Shown here: piece by piece, positions 1-9,213 of the stretch
Layout of the letters: each line of letters opens with the position of its first letter
Position numbering within the stretch: position 1 is the first letter of the stretch
Virus record (IMG/VR): IMGVR_UViG_3300025276_000023
Location: 65,103-129,102 of that record
Length of the DNA: 64,000 nucleotides
Reading direction: 5' to 3' (one strand)
Source of the DNA: a virus
Notes under the pieces: generated by a model
Seen by the model: only the letters and a program-made list of their open reading frames with translations
What the model was told of the DNA's origin: nothing
Database searches by the model: none
Translations under genes and position numbers: made by a program

Positions 1-1
1 C

Positions 2-79
2 GACTATTCAAATGAAACTATTGACTTAGATGAACTGAATAGAAAACTCAACAATTACAACCGAGGTTCTAATGATTAA
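2..79 (+). CDS. 3' end of an upstream gene, possibly inner-membrane spanin (partial)
   Basis: Open frame DYSNETIDLDELNRKLNNYNRGSND* overlaps the start of the lipoprotein gene by 8 nt, as in overlapped i-/o-spanin pairs; identity inferred from position only. Confidence 0.35.
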   Translation, partial: DYSNETIDLDELNRKLNNYNRGSND

Positions 80-542
80 CCGTATCGTACTCGCTGTGTT
101 CTGCTGCTCTTATTTGAGCAGCTGTAACCTGACGGCTAACCAACCCCCTAATGAATACAGCCGTGCAATTGACACAACTCAAGTTACGGAGCCTATGATA
201 CATAACGCCCCAAAGCTAAAGGACTTCGTAGAGCTGTACGGAGACCAACAAGGAGGTAGGATCTATGTTCGAGAACTTAAGAACTATCATGAGTACTTAT
301 CTTATTACATCCAGTATCTGTCAAAACAATACGACATACCGGTGTATAGCGAGAAGTCTTGTATTTATCCTCCTACAGAAGAAGGGCTAATAATTCCTGA
401 AATAGATGAGATAACAGACTCGTCTCCAGAAGAGATAATTAATCGGTTAGCTATTCATATAGGTAAGGTCACGCGTACTGTTGATGAGTACAATAAAGCC
501 CTTGCTGATAAATACGATAAATACAAATCGTGTATTAATTAA
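72..542 (+). CDS. Lipoprotein, putative o-spanin
   Basis: Signal peptide with lipobox LSSC (Cys18), no Asp at +2 so predicted outer membrane; Pro-rich segment and C-terminal helix ending in Cys; GAGG RBS. Confidence 0.55.
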   Translation: MINRIVLAVFCCSYLSSCNLTANQPPNEYSRAIDTTQVTEPMIHNAPKLKDFVELYGDQQGGRIYVRELKNYHEYLSYYIQYLSKQYDIPVYSEKSCIYPPTEEGLIIPEIDEITDSSPEEIINRLAIHIGKVTRTVDEYNKALADKYDKYKSCIN

Positions 543-589
543 CCTAAATCCCTATTACTATAGACTACTAAACAATTAAGGATATTACG

Positions 590-2179
590 ATGGAAGCTGG
601 CGTTTTTTATACCGACGGTGGTAAAAGACCTATGGGTACAGGTTGGGGTGTTCATGGTTATACATACGCTATTGATGGTAATGTAATTAAAGCACCGCGC
701 AATCAAGCACAGCCGACTGATATCGGTTATCTTGATAAAGTATTAAAGGTGTCTAAGTTTGACGCTAAAGGCAATGAGATAATCACAGATCAAATTAAAC
801 CTTTTGCAGAAGAAACGGCTGTATCTACAGAAGTGGATAAAAGCAAAGACAAAACACCTTTAAAGAAAGAACCGTTTAACTTTAAAGTTAACAAAGCTAT
901 TCCGGTTAAGCCAAAGACGTTCATCGATGCTTGGGGTCGTTTAGATTCAGAGATGTCTAATAACGTTGCTGAGCTATCTGCTATGACATACGCACTTGAT
1001 TATGCAGAAGAGAAAGGACTTAAGAAAATTAAAGTTCTCTCTGATTCTGAGTACTGTATTCTAGGTACAGTCAATGCATTGAAATGGCGACGTGATGGAT
1101 GGAGAAACTCTCGTGGGTTAGATGTTAAGAACGCAGAGCTTTGGGAAAAGACACTTAAGTCTATTGCCGATGCAGCACAAGCTGGTCGTGAAGTACAGTT
1201 TGTTTGGGTTCGTGCTCATAACGGTGAGAAAGGAAATGAACTTGCAGATACAAGCGCAACTAAAGGTTTAATTCTTAATACCATCGAAGGTAGTGCAGAA
1301 ACAGTTCTTCAAGAAGAAGATGTTAAAACATACGGTAAAGCTAAACTTGAATATTCAAGACTACTTGCTTTTCCTATTTGGTACTTTAGAACTAACTGTG
1401 GTAATGAAATTAACTTACCAGATGGAACGTTCCAGTATTACGTAGGAACTCATAACAACGCACCAGAGATGGCAGGTAAAAGAGCCATTGACCATAACTT
1501 CGGTGTGGTTCGTTTGAATGAACGTGTTGAAGTATTTGATGAAGTATTAACTGCTCAAGAAAAGCTACTTAGCTCTACAGAAGAAGTCATTTCTTTTGGT
1601 CTGATGAGCAACATCTTTAAACCAGATGTATTAGTAGAACTTGAAAAGAACGGTGCTCAATACTTCTATCCAAAAGAAGAATCGTTTAACAAAGATGTTG
1701 TGATGTTTGATAAGCTAGAGAACGGCGGTGTGCAATTAACACACGTAGCTAGACCACCTAGAATATCGGCTCGTGTATTCGATTACTGTAAATTGCTGGA
1801 TTATGTGCTAGACCAGTACTTAAGTAATGATGAAACTGTTATCGTTACCGATTTGACTGATGACTTTCAATTGAAAGAAACCAGTGCTAAAGGTAAAGTT
1901 AAATATTCATTACAAGACGCGGTCAAGTCAAACTTATCAATGATGAAGATTGCCGTTAACCATAATCTCAAAGCAGAAGGTAAGAAAGAATTTAATATAG
2001 CCATTGGCTTTACAGTTCCTTCTAAGAACCATCTAAGTAGATTAATCGGTAAAGACTTCAGCATCAAGTTTGTAACGTGGAAAGAATGCGACATTGCATT
2101 TAGATACGCTGCTATCGTTGAATCCTCAGATGGTATCGCTATTTATGCACCGCACTCTAATTCTGTAATCTGTAAATAG
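590..2179 (+). CDS. rnhA: RNase HI with long C-terminal extension (phiKZ gp155-like)
   Basis: Motifs YTDGG, NNVAEL, SDSEY, VKNAELW, WVRAHNG, GNELAD; lies next to UvsX as in phiKZ. Confidence 0.92.
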   Translation: MEAGVFYTDGGKRPMGTGWGVHGYTYAIDGNVIKAPRNQAQPTDIGYLDKVLKVSKFDAKGNEIITDQIKPFAEETAVSTEVDKSKDKTPLKKEPFNFKVNKAIPVKPKTFIDAWGRLDSEMSNNVAELSAMTYALDYAEEKGLKKIKVLSDSEYCILGTVNALKWRRDGWRNSRGLDVKNAELWEKTLKSIADAAQAGREVQFVWVRAHNGEKGNELADTSATKGLILNTIEGSAETVLQEEDVKTYGKAKLEYSRLLAFPIWYFRTNCGNEINLPDGTFQYYVGTHNNAPEMAGKRAIDHNFGVVRLNERVEVFDEVLTAQEKLLSSTEEVISFGLMSNIFKPDVLVELEKNGAQYFYPKEESFNKDVVMFDKLENGGVQLTHVARPPRISARVFDYCKLLDYVLDQYLSNDETVIVTDLTDDFQLKETSAKGKVKYSLQDAVKSNLSMMKIAVNHNLKAEGKKEFNIAIGFTVPSKNHLSRLIGKDFSIKFVTWKECDIAFRYAAIVESSDGIAIYAPHSNSVICK

Positions 2180-2188
2180 AGGTAGCTT

Positions 2189-2581
2189 ATGACATCTAGA
2201 CTGGAACACATGGTCTCAATGTTCTTCATTAGATCGCTTGCAAAACTACTCCCTGACCGAATGAAACGTTTATTGGTCATAGTTAGTCTTTACAATCATT
2301 TCCTAGAGAGTGAATCAATAACCGAAGAACAGCGCCAGCTAAAACTGACGGAACTTAATGAAGCATTAAAGCTTGCAACAACGAGTTCCAGAAGTCTAGC
2401 GCTTGGTTTATTATTCAGCGAACCTCTTTGGGGCGGAAGAACAAACATCACTATGAATAACTTGAAGCGTGAACGGGTTGATAACTTCCTACCGCACTTC
2501 TTACGTTATGGTAGAGATGTGGATATAGAAGCTGATGTAAGAAATCTAGATAAGTTTCTGTTAACAAAAAGAAATGCATAA
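2189..2581 (+). CDS. Hypothetical protein
   Basis: 130-aa ORF with GAGG RBS, co-oriented with RNase H. Confidence 0.7.
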   Translation: MTSRLEHMVSMFFIRSLAKLLPDRMKRLLVIVSLYNHFLESESITEEQRQLKLTELNEALKLATTSSRSLALGLLFSEPLWGGRTNITMNNLKRERVDNFLPHFLRYGRDVDIEADVRNLDKFLLTKRNA

Positions 2582-2611
2582 TAAGAAAGGGGTGTTAGCC
2601 CCTTTCTTATG
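2577..2611. terminator. Bidirectional hairpin flanked by CATA/TATG
   Basis: ATAAGAAAGGGG-loop-CCCCTTTCTTAT between convergent genes. Confidence 0.8.
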
Positions 2612-2618
2612 TTTTAAG

Positions 2619-3455
2619 TTACACTTTTTTATTCATTTCAGTTAGTGCGTTATCTAGTGCTTGATAAGAATAATCAAGTAAAGATAAAAGACTAATTGCT
2701 TCTGCAACCGCATGTACATGTAAGCTAAGGTCAGATACAGCACGACGATTACCAGCAAGACGTAAAGCGTATTGTTCCATGAACTGATCTGCTAGCTCAT
2801 TGATACGTTCAATGTCTTTAGATACCTTAGTGGTGTCTAACTGACTTCTTTTTTCAGTTAACTGAGAGTAATATGTACGCAACTCATCTAACTCAGAAAC
2901 GCTACTAATCATATCACCAATAGTAGAGCGGTTACTACGAGCACTAGAACCGAACATGCTTTGGAACTTTTCATTGGTAGCATCTAAGGTAGTTTGTTTA
3001 ACTTTACCATAATTACTTAGACTTTTGATTTTATCAGGGTCATTATTCAAAACAGCAAACAACGACACAAGGCCGCTGAGAGCTTCTGTAAGCTCACTAG
3101 ACAATGAGGTATAACATTCATCCAATGTAACTATCCATGTCTTAAGGTTAACTTGTAGACCGTCCTGTATAGATACCGGATGCTGGCTAACATTAGCCAG
3201 ATCTTTTTTCTGCAACTTCTTAAATAAAGTTTCTAGTAATTTAGAATCTGAGTTTTTAAAATCTTTAAAGTTTGTCTTTTTAGGGAACGCGCTTTTAAAA
3301 CCAGATAATAAAGATTTAACGAAACCAGCACCGTCCTCAGCACTGTAAGTAAGTTTAGAATATGCCGACACATTTGTATACAAGATCATTGCCTGACTAC
3401 CAACCCCACCAACCGTGGGTTCTAACGCTAGTTTTCTGTTTATTTTCTGTAACAT
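2619..3455 (-). CDS. Virion head protein (phiKZ gp153-like)
   Basis: Divergent from UvsX as gp153 is in phiKZ; N-terminal S-x-E protease site (YSAE). Confidence 0.6.
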   Translation of the reverse strand: MLQKINRKLALEPTVGGVGSQAMILYTNVSAYSKLTYSAEDGAGFVKSLLSGFKSAFPKKTNFKDFKNSDSKLLETLFKKLQKKDLANVSQHPVSIQDGLQVNLKTWIVTLDECYTSLSSELTEALSGLVSLFAVLNNDPDKIKSLSNYGKVKQTTLDATNEKFQSMFGSSARSNRSTIGDMISSVSELDELRTYYSQLTEKRSQLDTTKVSKDIERINELADQFMEQYALRLAGNRRAVSDLSLHVHAVAEAISLLSLLDYSYQALDNALTEMNKKV

Positions 3456-3473
3456 TTTATTTAGTCCACTTTA

Positions 3474-3495
3474 ATATGTAAAAACAAATTTCATA
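3474..3495. promoter_or_regulatory. Putative overlapping divergent late promoters
   Basis: TATG on + and CATA (TATG on -) inside the 60-bp divergent gap; TATG is the phiKZ late promoter consensus, but the motif is very short. Confidence 0.35.
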
Positions 3496-3515
3496 AAATA
3501 GGAAAGGTCCAACTT

Positions 3516-5033
3516 ATGGGTATTAATTCTGTAATCGAGTCAACTCCACCAATCAAAGCTTTATTCAACATGGGCTGTCTGATGGATATCCCAAACTGCT
3601 CGGGCAGTTACCGCTATGGCAAGTATGGTGAAGCCATATTAAATGGGGGTCTAGCTCATTTCGAAGGTGTAGGTGGTAGACCGAATACGCACAAGTCTAC
3701 GTTCATGCACTTTAGATCACTGCGACTGATAGACCGTTACCCAACTACTGAGGGAAGTAATCTAGATACTGAATACTCTCAAACTCCTGGTCGTTTCAAT
3801 CTATTGCGTAAACACCATCCTCGCCTAGAAGCATTGAGCTTTGACTTCGAAGATGAAGATCAACAAATCCTTACTATCACAGATGGTCGTAAATACCGTG
3901 GTGATGATTACTGGGAAGAAGTTAAGAACTACGCTAAAACAAAGATGAATGATAAAACAGCTATCATGACTCTACCATTTGTAACAGCGAAAGGTCGTCA
4001 CTTCAAAGGGCTTAAAGTTGATGTAATGGCAATTGACTCATTATCTCGAATGGGCACTAAGTCATTAGATAAAATCATCGACAACAATGACGTTGGCTCT
4101 AACAGCATGCAAACATTCGGTGCTCGTGACTCAGGCGTTAAAGCACAGATGTTAATCCAGATATCTGATTATGCACTGCGTACTGGTTTAGTATGTCAAT
4201 TAACAGCGCACGTTGACGATGAAGTTAACTTAGAAATGTTTCCTACTTCAACTAAGAAACTAGCGTTCTTGAAAAACGGTCTTAAGTTCAAATACGTATC
4301 GAATCAGTTTGCGTTCCTACCTAATAACTTATGGTATGTTTATTCAGCTACGCCTTACAACAATGCAACAAGTAAGTACAGTGAATATCCTCGTGATAAA
4401 GACGATACAAACAGTACAGACTTAATGCGTATGTTCATTCAGAATCTACGTGGTAAGTTTGGCTCATCGGGTGCACCGACTGAATTAATCGTTTCTCAAC
4501 GTGAAGGTATCTTACCTACATTGAGTGAGTTCCATCACTGTCGTAAAACTAAGAGCAAACCTACAGAAGCAGGTTTTGGTTTAGTGGGTAACAACACAAC
4601 TGCTGCACTTGCATTAAAGCCAGATGTTAAGTTTACTCGAAATACCATTCGTACTAAGTATGTTGAGCATCCTGAACTGGTACGTGGTTTTGAAATCACA
4701 TCTGAAGTATGTCAATTAAAAGAGTTATGGCATCACCTTCCATTAGAATATAAAATGATTACAATGGAAGAGATCTACGCTAAGTTAGTTGACCTAGGTT
4801 ATGATGTTGACTTCTTACTTGGTAAGACTCGTGGCTTCTGGACACATGTTGAATCTGAATCTATGTTCGGACCGTTCTTATCAACATGGGATGTCCTTCG
4901 TATCGTTACAGATAAGTATTATCCGTACTGGTATGACAAAGCAATTAAAGAACATAAACTAGCACCGATTAAAAATCGTAAAGTTGCAATTGAAGCACTT
5001 AAGCTAGAATGCCCTTGGGTAACTTGGTGTTAA
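3516..5033 (+). CDS. uvsX: UvsX/RecA-like recombinase (phiKZ gp152-like)
   Basis: Walker A variant GRPNTHKST, LDTE, Walker B MAIDSL, NLRGKFGSSG. Confidence 0.88.
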   Translation: MGINSVIESTPPIKALFNMGCLMDIPNCSGSYRYGKYGEAILNGGLAHFEGVGGRPNTHKSTFMHFRSLRLIDRYPTTEGSNLDTEYSQTPGRFNLLRKHHPRLEALSFDFEDEDQQILTITDGRKYRGDDYWEEVKNYAKTKMNDKTAIMTLPFVTAKGRHFKGLKVDVMAIDSLSRMGTKSLDKIIDNNDVGSNSMQTFGARDSGVKAQMLIQISDYALRTGLVCQLTAHVDDEVNLEMFPTSTKKLAFLKNGLKFKYVSNQFAFLPNNLWYVYSATPYNNATSKYSEYPRDKDDTNSTDLMRMFIQNLRGKFGSSGAPTELIVSQREGILPTLSEFHHCRKTKSKPTEAGFGLVGNNTTAALALKPDVKFTRNTIRTKYVEHPELVRGFEITSEVCQLKELWHHLPLEYKMITMEEIYAKLVDLGYDVDFLLGKTRGFWTHVESESMFGPFLSTWDVLRIVTDKYYPYWYDKAIKEHKLAPIKNRKVAIEALKLECPWVTWC

Positions 5034-5047
5034 TTTAATACCGTTCA

Positions 5048-5077
5048 GATATAGGGAGCAATCCCTATATCCTTATG
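5048..5077 (+). terminator. Hairpin followed by TATG
   Basis: GATATAGGGA-GCAA-TCCCTATATC then CTTATG. Confidence 0.75.
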
Positions 5078-5136
5078 AATAAAATGGAATCCTCCTATGA
5101 TTAAAAACAAGCTAAAAGAATCAAGAGAATTGAACA

Positions 5137-5607
5137 ATGACTGCAAAAAAGAAAAAACCAAAGATCTCGAAGACTAAAGTTGGTATCTTCGGCATAAAAC
5201 AATTTGACGATATGGAAGTTGTTAAAAAGAAATTAGGCAAAGTAGATATCTTCAAAGATGAAGATGTTGCTGAGAACATTGAAGTCTTCACCTATGATGA
5301 CGATGGTATCCCTGCTCTAATCCGTGACTATTGCAGTGACAACAAAATCAAATGTAGCGTTATTAAAACTAACTGGTCTGCTGACTCATCGGCAGGGGTT
5401 AAACGTAATACTGAAATATTAAACAAAGCTTCTCGAATCATCATCTTCACTGACAATAAAGACTCATACATGAAAACCGTCACCGAAGAAGCTAAAGCTA
5501 AAAAACGTCAGATCAATACCTTTTGCTTACAGAACGAAGATAGTAAATACTATAAAGCAAAAGAAGAGCGTCCAGAAACTGAAACGCTAACCGAACAGAG
5601 GATCTAA
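5137..5607 (+). CDS. SLOG-superfamily (YspA/DUF2493-like) protein
   Basis: Pattern GIFGIKQFDD...NWSADSSAGVKRNTEIL...IIIF resembles the GSRxFxD...W...AGxxRN signature. Confidence 0.6.
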   Translation: MTAKKKKPKISKTKVGIFGIKQFDDMEVVKKKLGKVDIFKDEDVAENIEVFTYDDDGIPALIRDYCSDNKIKCSVIKTNWSADSSAGVKRNTEILNKASRIIIFTDNKDSYMKTVTEEAKAKKRQINTFCLQNEDSKYYKAKEERPETETLTEQRI

Positions 5608-5609
5608 TA

Positions 5610-6308
5610 ATGGATTTTTTAAACGTACCTAAGAATAAACAAAAGGCTGTCCGTGAAGCTTTCCTTACCAGCTGGTTGTCATCATTAGAGTCAATGATTA
5701 AAGGAACCGATAACGTTCCCATGTACACTGAATACTTCGCTGCTAAGAGCGATGAAGAATGTATGGCTATCTTTGAATTGATTCGTACGGGTAAGTTTAA
5801 ACTGCCCTTAATAGTTCCTAACCTCAAAGGTACTAAAGTAGATATCGAACGTCTTAATAAATTCGGTCTTGAACTAGGTCATACGTTCTACCAGAATATA
5901 ACCATTACGGATCAGACAGTCGATGATGTTACTTACGCTTCTCCTGTAAAAGCAATGGTTGTTAAAGATTATGTACGTCGTCAGATACAGACGAGTGAAA
6001 ATAAACTAAGCGTACCTAAAGATGCTAACGTAGTCGATGACTCAACAGGTCAGGTTACAGGTGATTCTAAGGGTGGTGCTTTCTCATTAGCAGAGACACG
6101 TAACTTAGAAGCAAAAGAACTTGATAACTGTATCTATGAATTCTTAGCACCATTGGGTGGTAATAACGAAGCGTATCAGATAATGGAAGATACAATCATT
6201 GAGCAAGGTACTGTAACTATTGCAGACATTCAGACAGATGAACGTCCTGGAGTAGTAGATATGGTAGATGTTTTATTCAGATCAGCACACATTAAAGGTA
6301 ACTGGTAA
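5610..6308 (+). CDS. Virion RNA polymerase beta subunit, C-terminal part (phiKZ gp149-like)
   Basis: RRQIQ...TGQVTGDSKGGAFSLAE mirrors the beta C-terminal TQQP..G....GGQRFGEME region; position downstream of UvsX. Confidence 0.85.
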   Translation: MDFLNVPKNKQKAVREAFLTSWLSSLESMIKGTDNVPMYTEYFAAKSDEECMAIFELIRTGKFKLPLIVPNLKGTKVDIERLNKFGLELGHTFYQNITITDQTVDDVTYASPVKAMVVKDYVRRQIQTSENKLSVPKDANVVDDSTGQVTGDSKGGAFSLAETRNLEAKELDNCIYEFLAPLGGNNEAYQIMEDTIIEQGTVTIADIQTDERPGVVDMVDVLFRSAHIKGNW

Positions 6309-6841
6309 TGGCAGAAATTGCAATTGAAACTAACAATGATAAGATCGACATGTTCTGTAGAGAAGTACTTGTTTCTTCTAGACAGTTGTATGGGGAAAGT
6401 AAACTCTACGATACATTCTTCAAACGTTTAACTAATTTCAGATTAGAAAACATAACGTCTAAGCCTAGCCAGTTAAAGCTTGTTGAAGAAATTAAGCTAC
6501 TCGATGCTGAGTGGACTAAAACAGTAAGTATAAGTTACATTGAAGTATTGCACGCTGCTACTTCTCGTCTTATCTATTTACTATCCGTAGAAGGGCTCTG
6601 GGAGATCGCTAGAGACGCTGTAGTTGAAACGGTACAGAATCATGTTCCCTTTCACACAGATCGCGACCACGTGTCTGTCAAGTCCGATTCTCTAAACTTA
6701 ATGAATGCGGATAAGACTATTGAATCGACTGACCTTAACAAGTTTAGAAACGAAAGATGGTTAGTTGCTTATGTTATATTAGCGATGTACGTAACCGTCC
6801 CAGTTAACATTGCTAGACTATCTAATGCGGTTGATGAATGA
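6308..6841 (+). CDS. Hypothetical protein
   Basis: Translationally coupled (TAATG) to the RNAP subunit gene. Confidence 0.7.
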   Translation: MAEIAIETNNDKIDMFCREVLVSSRQLYGESKLYDTFFKRLTNFRLENITSKPSQLKLVEEIKLLDAEWTKTVSISYIEVLHAATSRLIYLLSVEGLWEIARDAVVETVQNHVPFHTDRDHVSVKSDSLNLMNADKTIESTDLNKFRNERWLVAYVILAMYVTVPVNIARLSNAVDE

Positions 6842-7560
6842 ATATCTTATTAAGTCTCGATGAGCTGCTCGATACTCGCCTAGGGGTACTTAACACAATG
6901 GATGTTAATTACCCTAAAAAGATGTTAGCTAACGATTGGCAAACACGAATAGGTGACAGTACCATTTTAGAATACTGCGACGTATCTAATGATGAGTACA
7001 ATGAAGCATATGGTAAACGTACCGTTGAAGAGTTAAAGAATTCTGTCATTACAAACATCCCTTCTTATGTAGCAAATCAACTAGCAAGTGATATCGTTAA
7101 CTTTCCAGAGATGGAAGAGCTAGGCGCTACGCCAGAGATATTCTTAAACGTCTGGCCTTATAAACTCAATAAAGAAGAGACGGATACGTTTGTACTTATA
7201 CTTAGACGAATCTTTACGTTTGCTGAGAAAGTGACAGTCATTCAAGTGTCTCCTAAATACATAACGCCTAGATGGTTGAAAGATAAAGAGATTTATTACT
7301 TCTTTAACTATGATGGTATCAAGTGGATGAACATTCATTCAGAAGCGTTATTGGAATTCCCTATAACCAGAATGAAGTTTTATATGCCTGCTACCGAACA
7401 GATAAACTCTGAACCAATGACACAGGAAATGCACAACGAATATAAAGATGTTGATCGCTTTAATCTCGTTGCTGTAGCATGGGCCATGTATATAACCATT
7501 CAATATATTCCAGTTAAGGTATTCTCAATCATTGATAGACCTACAGATAAAGCAAAATAG
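6838..7560 (+). CDS. Conserved jumbo-phage protein (phiKZ gp147-like)
   Basis: N-terminal LSLDELLDTRLG and NVWPY motifs recalled for this family; ATGA overlap. Confidence 0.55.
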   Translation: MNILLSLDELLDTRLGVLNTMDVNYPKKMLANDWQTRIGDSTILEYCDVSNDEYNEAYGKRTVEELKNSVITNIPSYVANQLASDIVNFPEMEELGATPEIFLNVWPYKLNKEETDTFVLILRRIFTFAEKVTVIQVSPKYITPRWLKDKEIYYFFNYDGIKWMNIHSEALLEFPITRMKFYMPATEQINSEPMTQEMHNEYKDVDRFNLVAVAWAMYITIQYIPVKVFSIIDRPTDKAK

Positions 7561-7588
7561 AAGAGAGGCAACTGCCTCTCTTTTTCTA
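7561..7588. terminator. Bidirectional terminator
   Basis: AAGAGAGGCA-AC-TGCCTCTCTT plus T-tract between convergent genes. Confidence 0.75.
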
Positions 7589-8020
7589 TTATTTTTTAAG
7601 CGCTAAACGTTTAGCTTCTTCAGATTTCTGACGAGTAGTAAACTGGTCATATGTCTGACCAGATGCTTTCTCGTTTAATTCAGTTTCCAGTATTTCAAAT
7701 TTACCAGACTGTTTAATGACTGGAGTTTTGTCTGCTTCAACTGCATTGCCTCGTAAGAATGGGTTTGAACCATTGCGTTGGATAGATTCTGAAATTGCAG
7801 ACATGGCTTGTGCTTGTTCTGCGGCTGAGTCGGCTTGTTTATCTTCAACTTCTAAACGTAAGTTGGTCTGCGCTTGCTTGTCTGTATCAGCCAATGCTTT
7901 AAGATAAAGAGAGCCCATTTTAGGATCAATGAAAATAGTTGTGTCTTTTTCTAATTCATCAAGAAACTTATCTCGACGATGTAATGTTTTCTCAATCTGC
8001 TCTCTGTTAACATCTGCCAT
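7589..8020 (-). CDS. Hypothetical helical protein
   Basis: 143-aa ORF with AAGGA RBS. Confidence 0.7.
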   Translation of the reverse strand: MADVNREQIEKTLHRRDKFLDELEKDTTIFIDPKMGSLYLKALADTDKQAQTNLRLEVEDKQADSAAEQAQAMSAISESIQRNGSNPFLRGNAVEADKTPVIKQSGKFEILETELNEKASGQTYDQFTTRQKSEEAKRLALKK

Positions 8021-8044
8021 GTTAGCTTCCTTTATGTAAAGTTC

Positions 8045-8070
8045 TTTAAATATATATCATATAAATGATG
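8045..8070 (+). promoter_or_regulatory. Putative early promoter TATAT-N9-GA
   Basis: TATAT(8053)CATATAAAT-GA, same spacing as five other copies. Confidence 0.5.
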
Positions 8071-8091
8071 TAAGTCTAGGATAACCTGCCA

Positions 8092-8562
8092 ATGGATTTT
8101 ATTAAACAACTTTTATTTAAGTGGCGGTGTAAGAATTTCTTATCTTCCAATAAAGAAATAAAAGAAAAAGTAATCTACTTGATAAACAATATTAAATATC
8201 TACCAGTAGTAAAGTTTGAAAATGTAGATAGTCATGTATTACTCGTACATACTGAAAACATAGAAGAGCTGGTTAAACTAATGGTTCAAATAAACAATGA
8301 TGTAACGATAGGTCGTATAAGTAAACCAATACCGTCGACCTCTCCAGTAAACATAGGAGGTAAAAACTATTTCAGAGACAATACCTCTGAACAAGTACCG
8401 TTTGATAGAACTCACTGTAAAGAATTATTCAATAATGAATTCAATAAATATTTAAAAAAGCTTAACAAGATTAAGCATGATGTGTCAGAAATAGATTTCT
8501 ATACCCGACGTCACGGTCAAGTGATTGAAGATATAGTTGAACTATTGAGAACCAACCTATAG
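8092..8562 (+). CDS. Hypothetical protein
   Basis: 156-aa ORF with AGGA RBS. Confidence 0.7.
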   Translation: MDFIKQLLFKWRCKNFLSSNKEIKEKVIYLINNIKYLPVVKFENVDSHVLLVHTENIEELVKLMVQINNDVTIGRISKPIPSTSPVNIGGKNYFRDNTSEQVPFDRTHCKELFNNEFNKYLKKLNKIKHDVSEIDFYTRRHGQVIEDIVELLRTNL

Positions 8563-8571
8563 GGAAAACCC

Positions 8572-9147
8572 ATGTCAAAAGAAGATGACGAAAAAGAAAA
8601 GTCTAGCTCACTCAAAATTAGAAGACTTATTAATTCAAGAGATAAAGGCTCCGGCCAAACTAGCAATGTAATAGCTAAGTTATTTCGAGTCATTTTAATT
8701 GAACTTGACATAACTCTAGATAAGTTCACTATATTGAAATCGAAATGGTTAAACGATCCGAATAACCACATACGCAATACAAGGACGGCTAAGTCGACGG
8801 CTAGTTCTAATTTGGTTAAAGATATTATCAAAGATACGATGTCAATAGACGTGTTCTTAAAGATGATGTCTTTATTGAAAGTTGAAAGCATTTCTTTTTC
8901 AGTAAGTATAAAGCGAAAGGGACATCTCAGACCTACTGAACACACTGTTATGATCGACGACCTTCCGGGGTATATATCGACCAGAAAAACAAGTAGACAC
9001 GCAGCTGAGAAGAAAGAGCCAGAAGAAAAAGTGAAAGAGGATAAAGCACAACCTAAAAATCCTAATACCACATTGGATGAAAAGACTGCTGAGTTTGATC
9101 TTAAAGTAAAAGAGATCATCGATTCTCTCAACATTAAAAGAAAATAA
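8572..9147 (+). CDS. Conserved jumbo-phage hypothetical protein
   Basis: 191-aa ORF; SNLVKDIIKDTMSIDVFLK segment resembles a recalled phiKZ-like core family. Confidence 0.6.
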   Translation: MSKEDDEKEKSSSLKIRRLINSRDKGSGQTSNVIAKLFRVILIELDITLDKFTILKSKWLNDPNNHIRNTRTAKSTASSNLVKDIIKDTMSIDVFLKMMSLLKVESISFSVSIKRKGHLRPTEHTVMIDDLPGYISTRKTSRHAAEKKEPEEKVKEDKAQPKNPNTTLDEKTAEFDLKVKEIIDSLNIKRK

Positions 9148-9155
9148 TTTACTAG

Positions 9156-9183
9156 CGTGAAGGACTCTGGTCCTTCACGTATG
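9156..9183 (+). terminator. Hairpin followed by TATG
   Basis: CGTGAAGGAC-TCTG-GTCCTTCACG then TATG. Confidence 0.75.
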
Positions 9184-9213
9184 CATTTTATGATTGATTA
9201 TTGATTAGAGGTC

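Noticed and set aside
8517-9134. 205-aa antisense ORF
   Set aside because: Shadow of the + strand gene, Ser/Phe/Leu-rich as expected for the antisense of a Lys/Glu-rich frame
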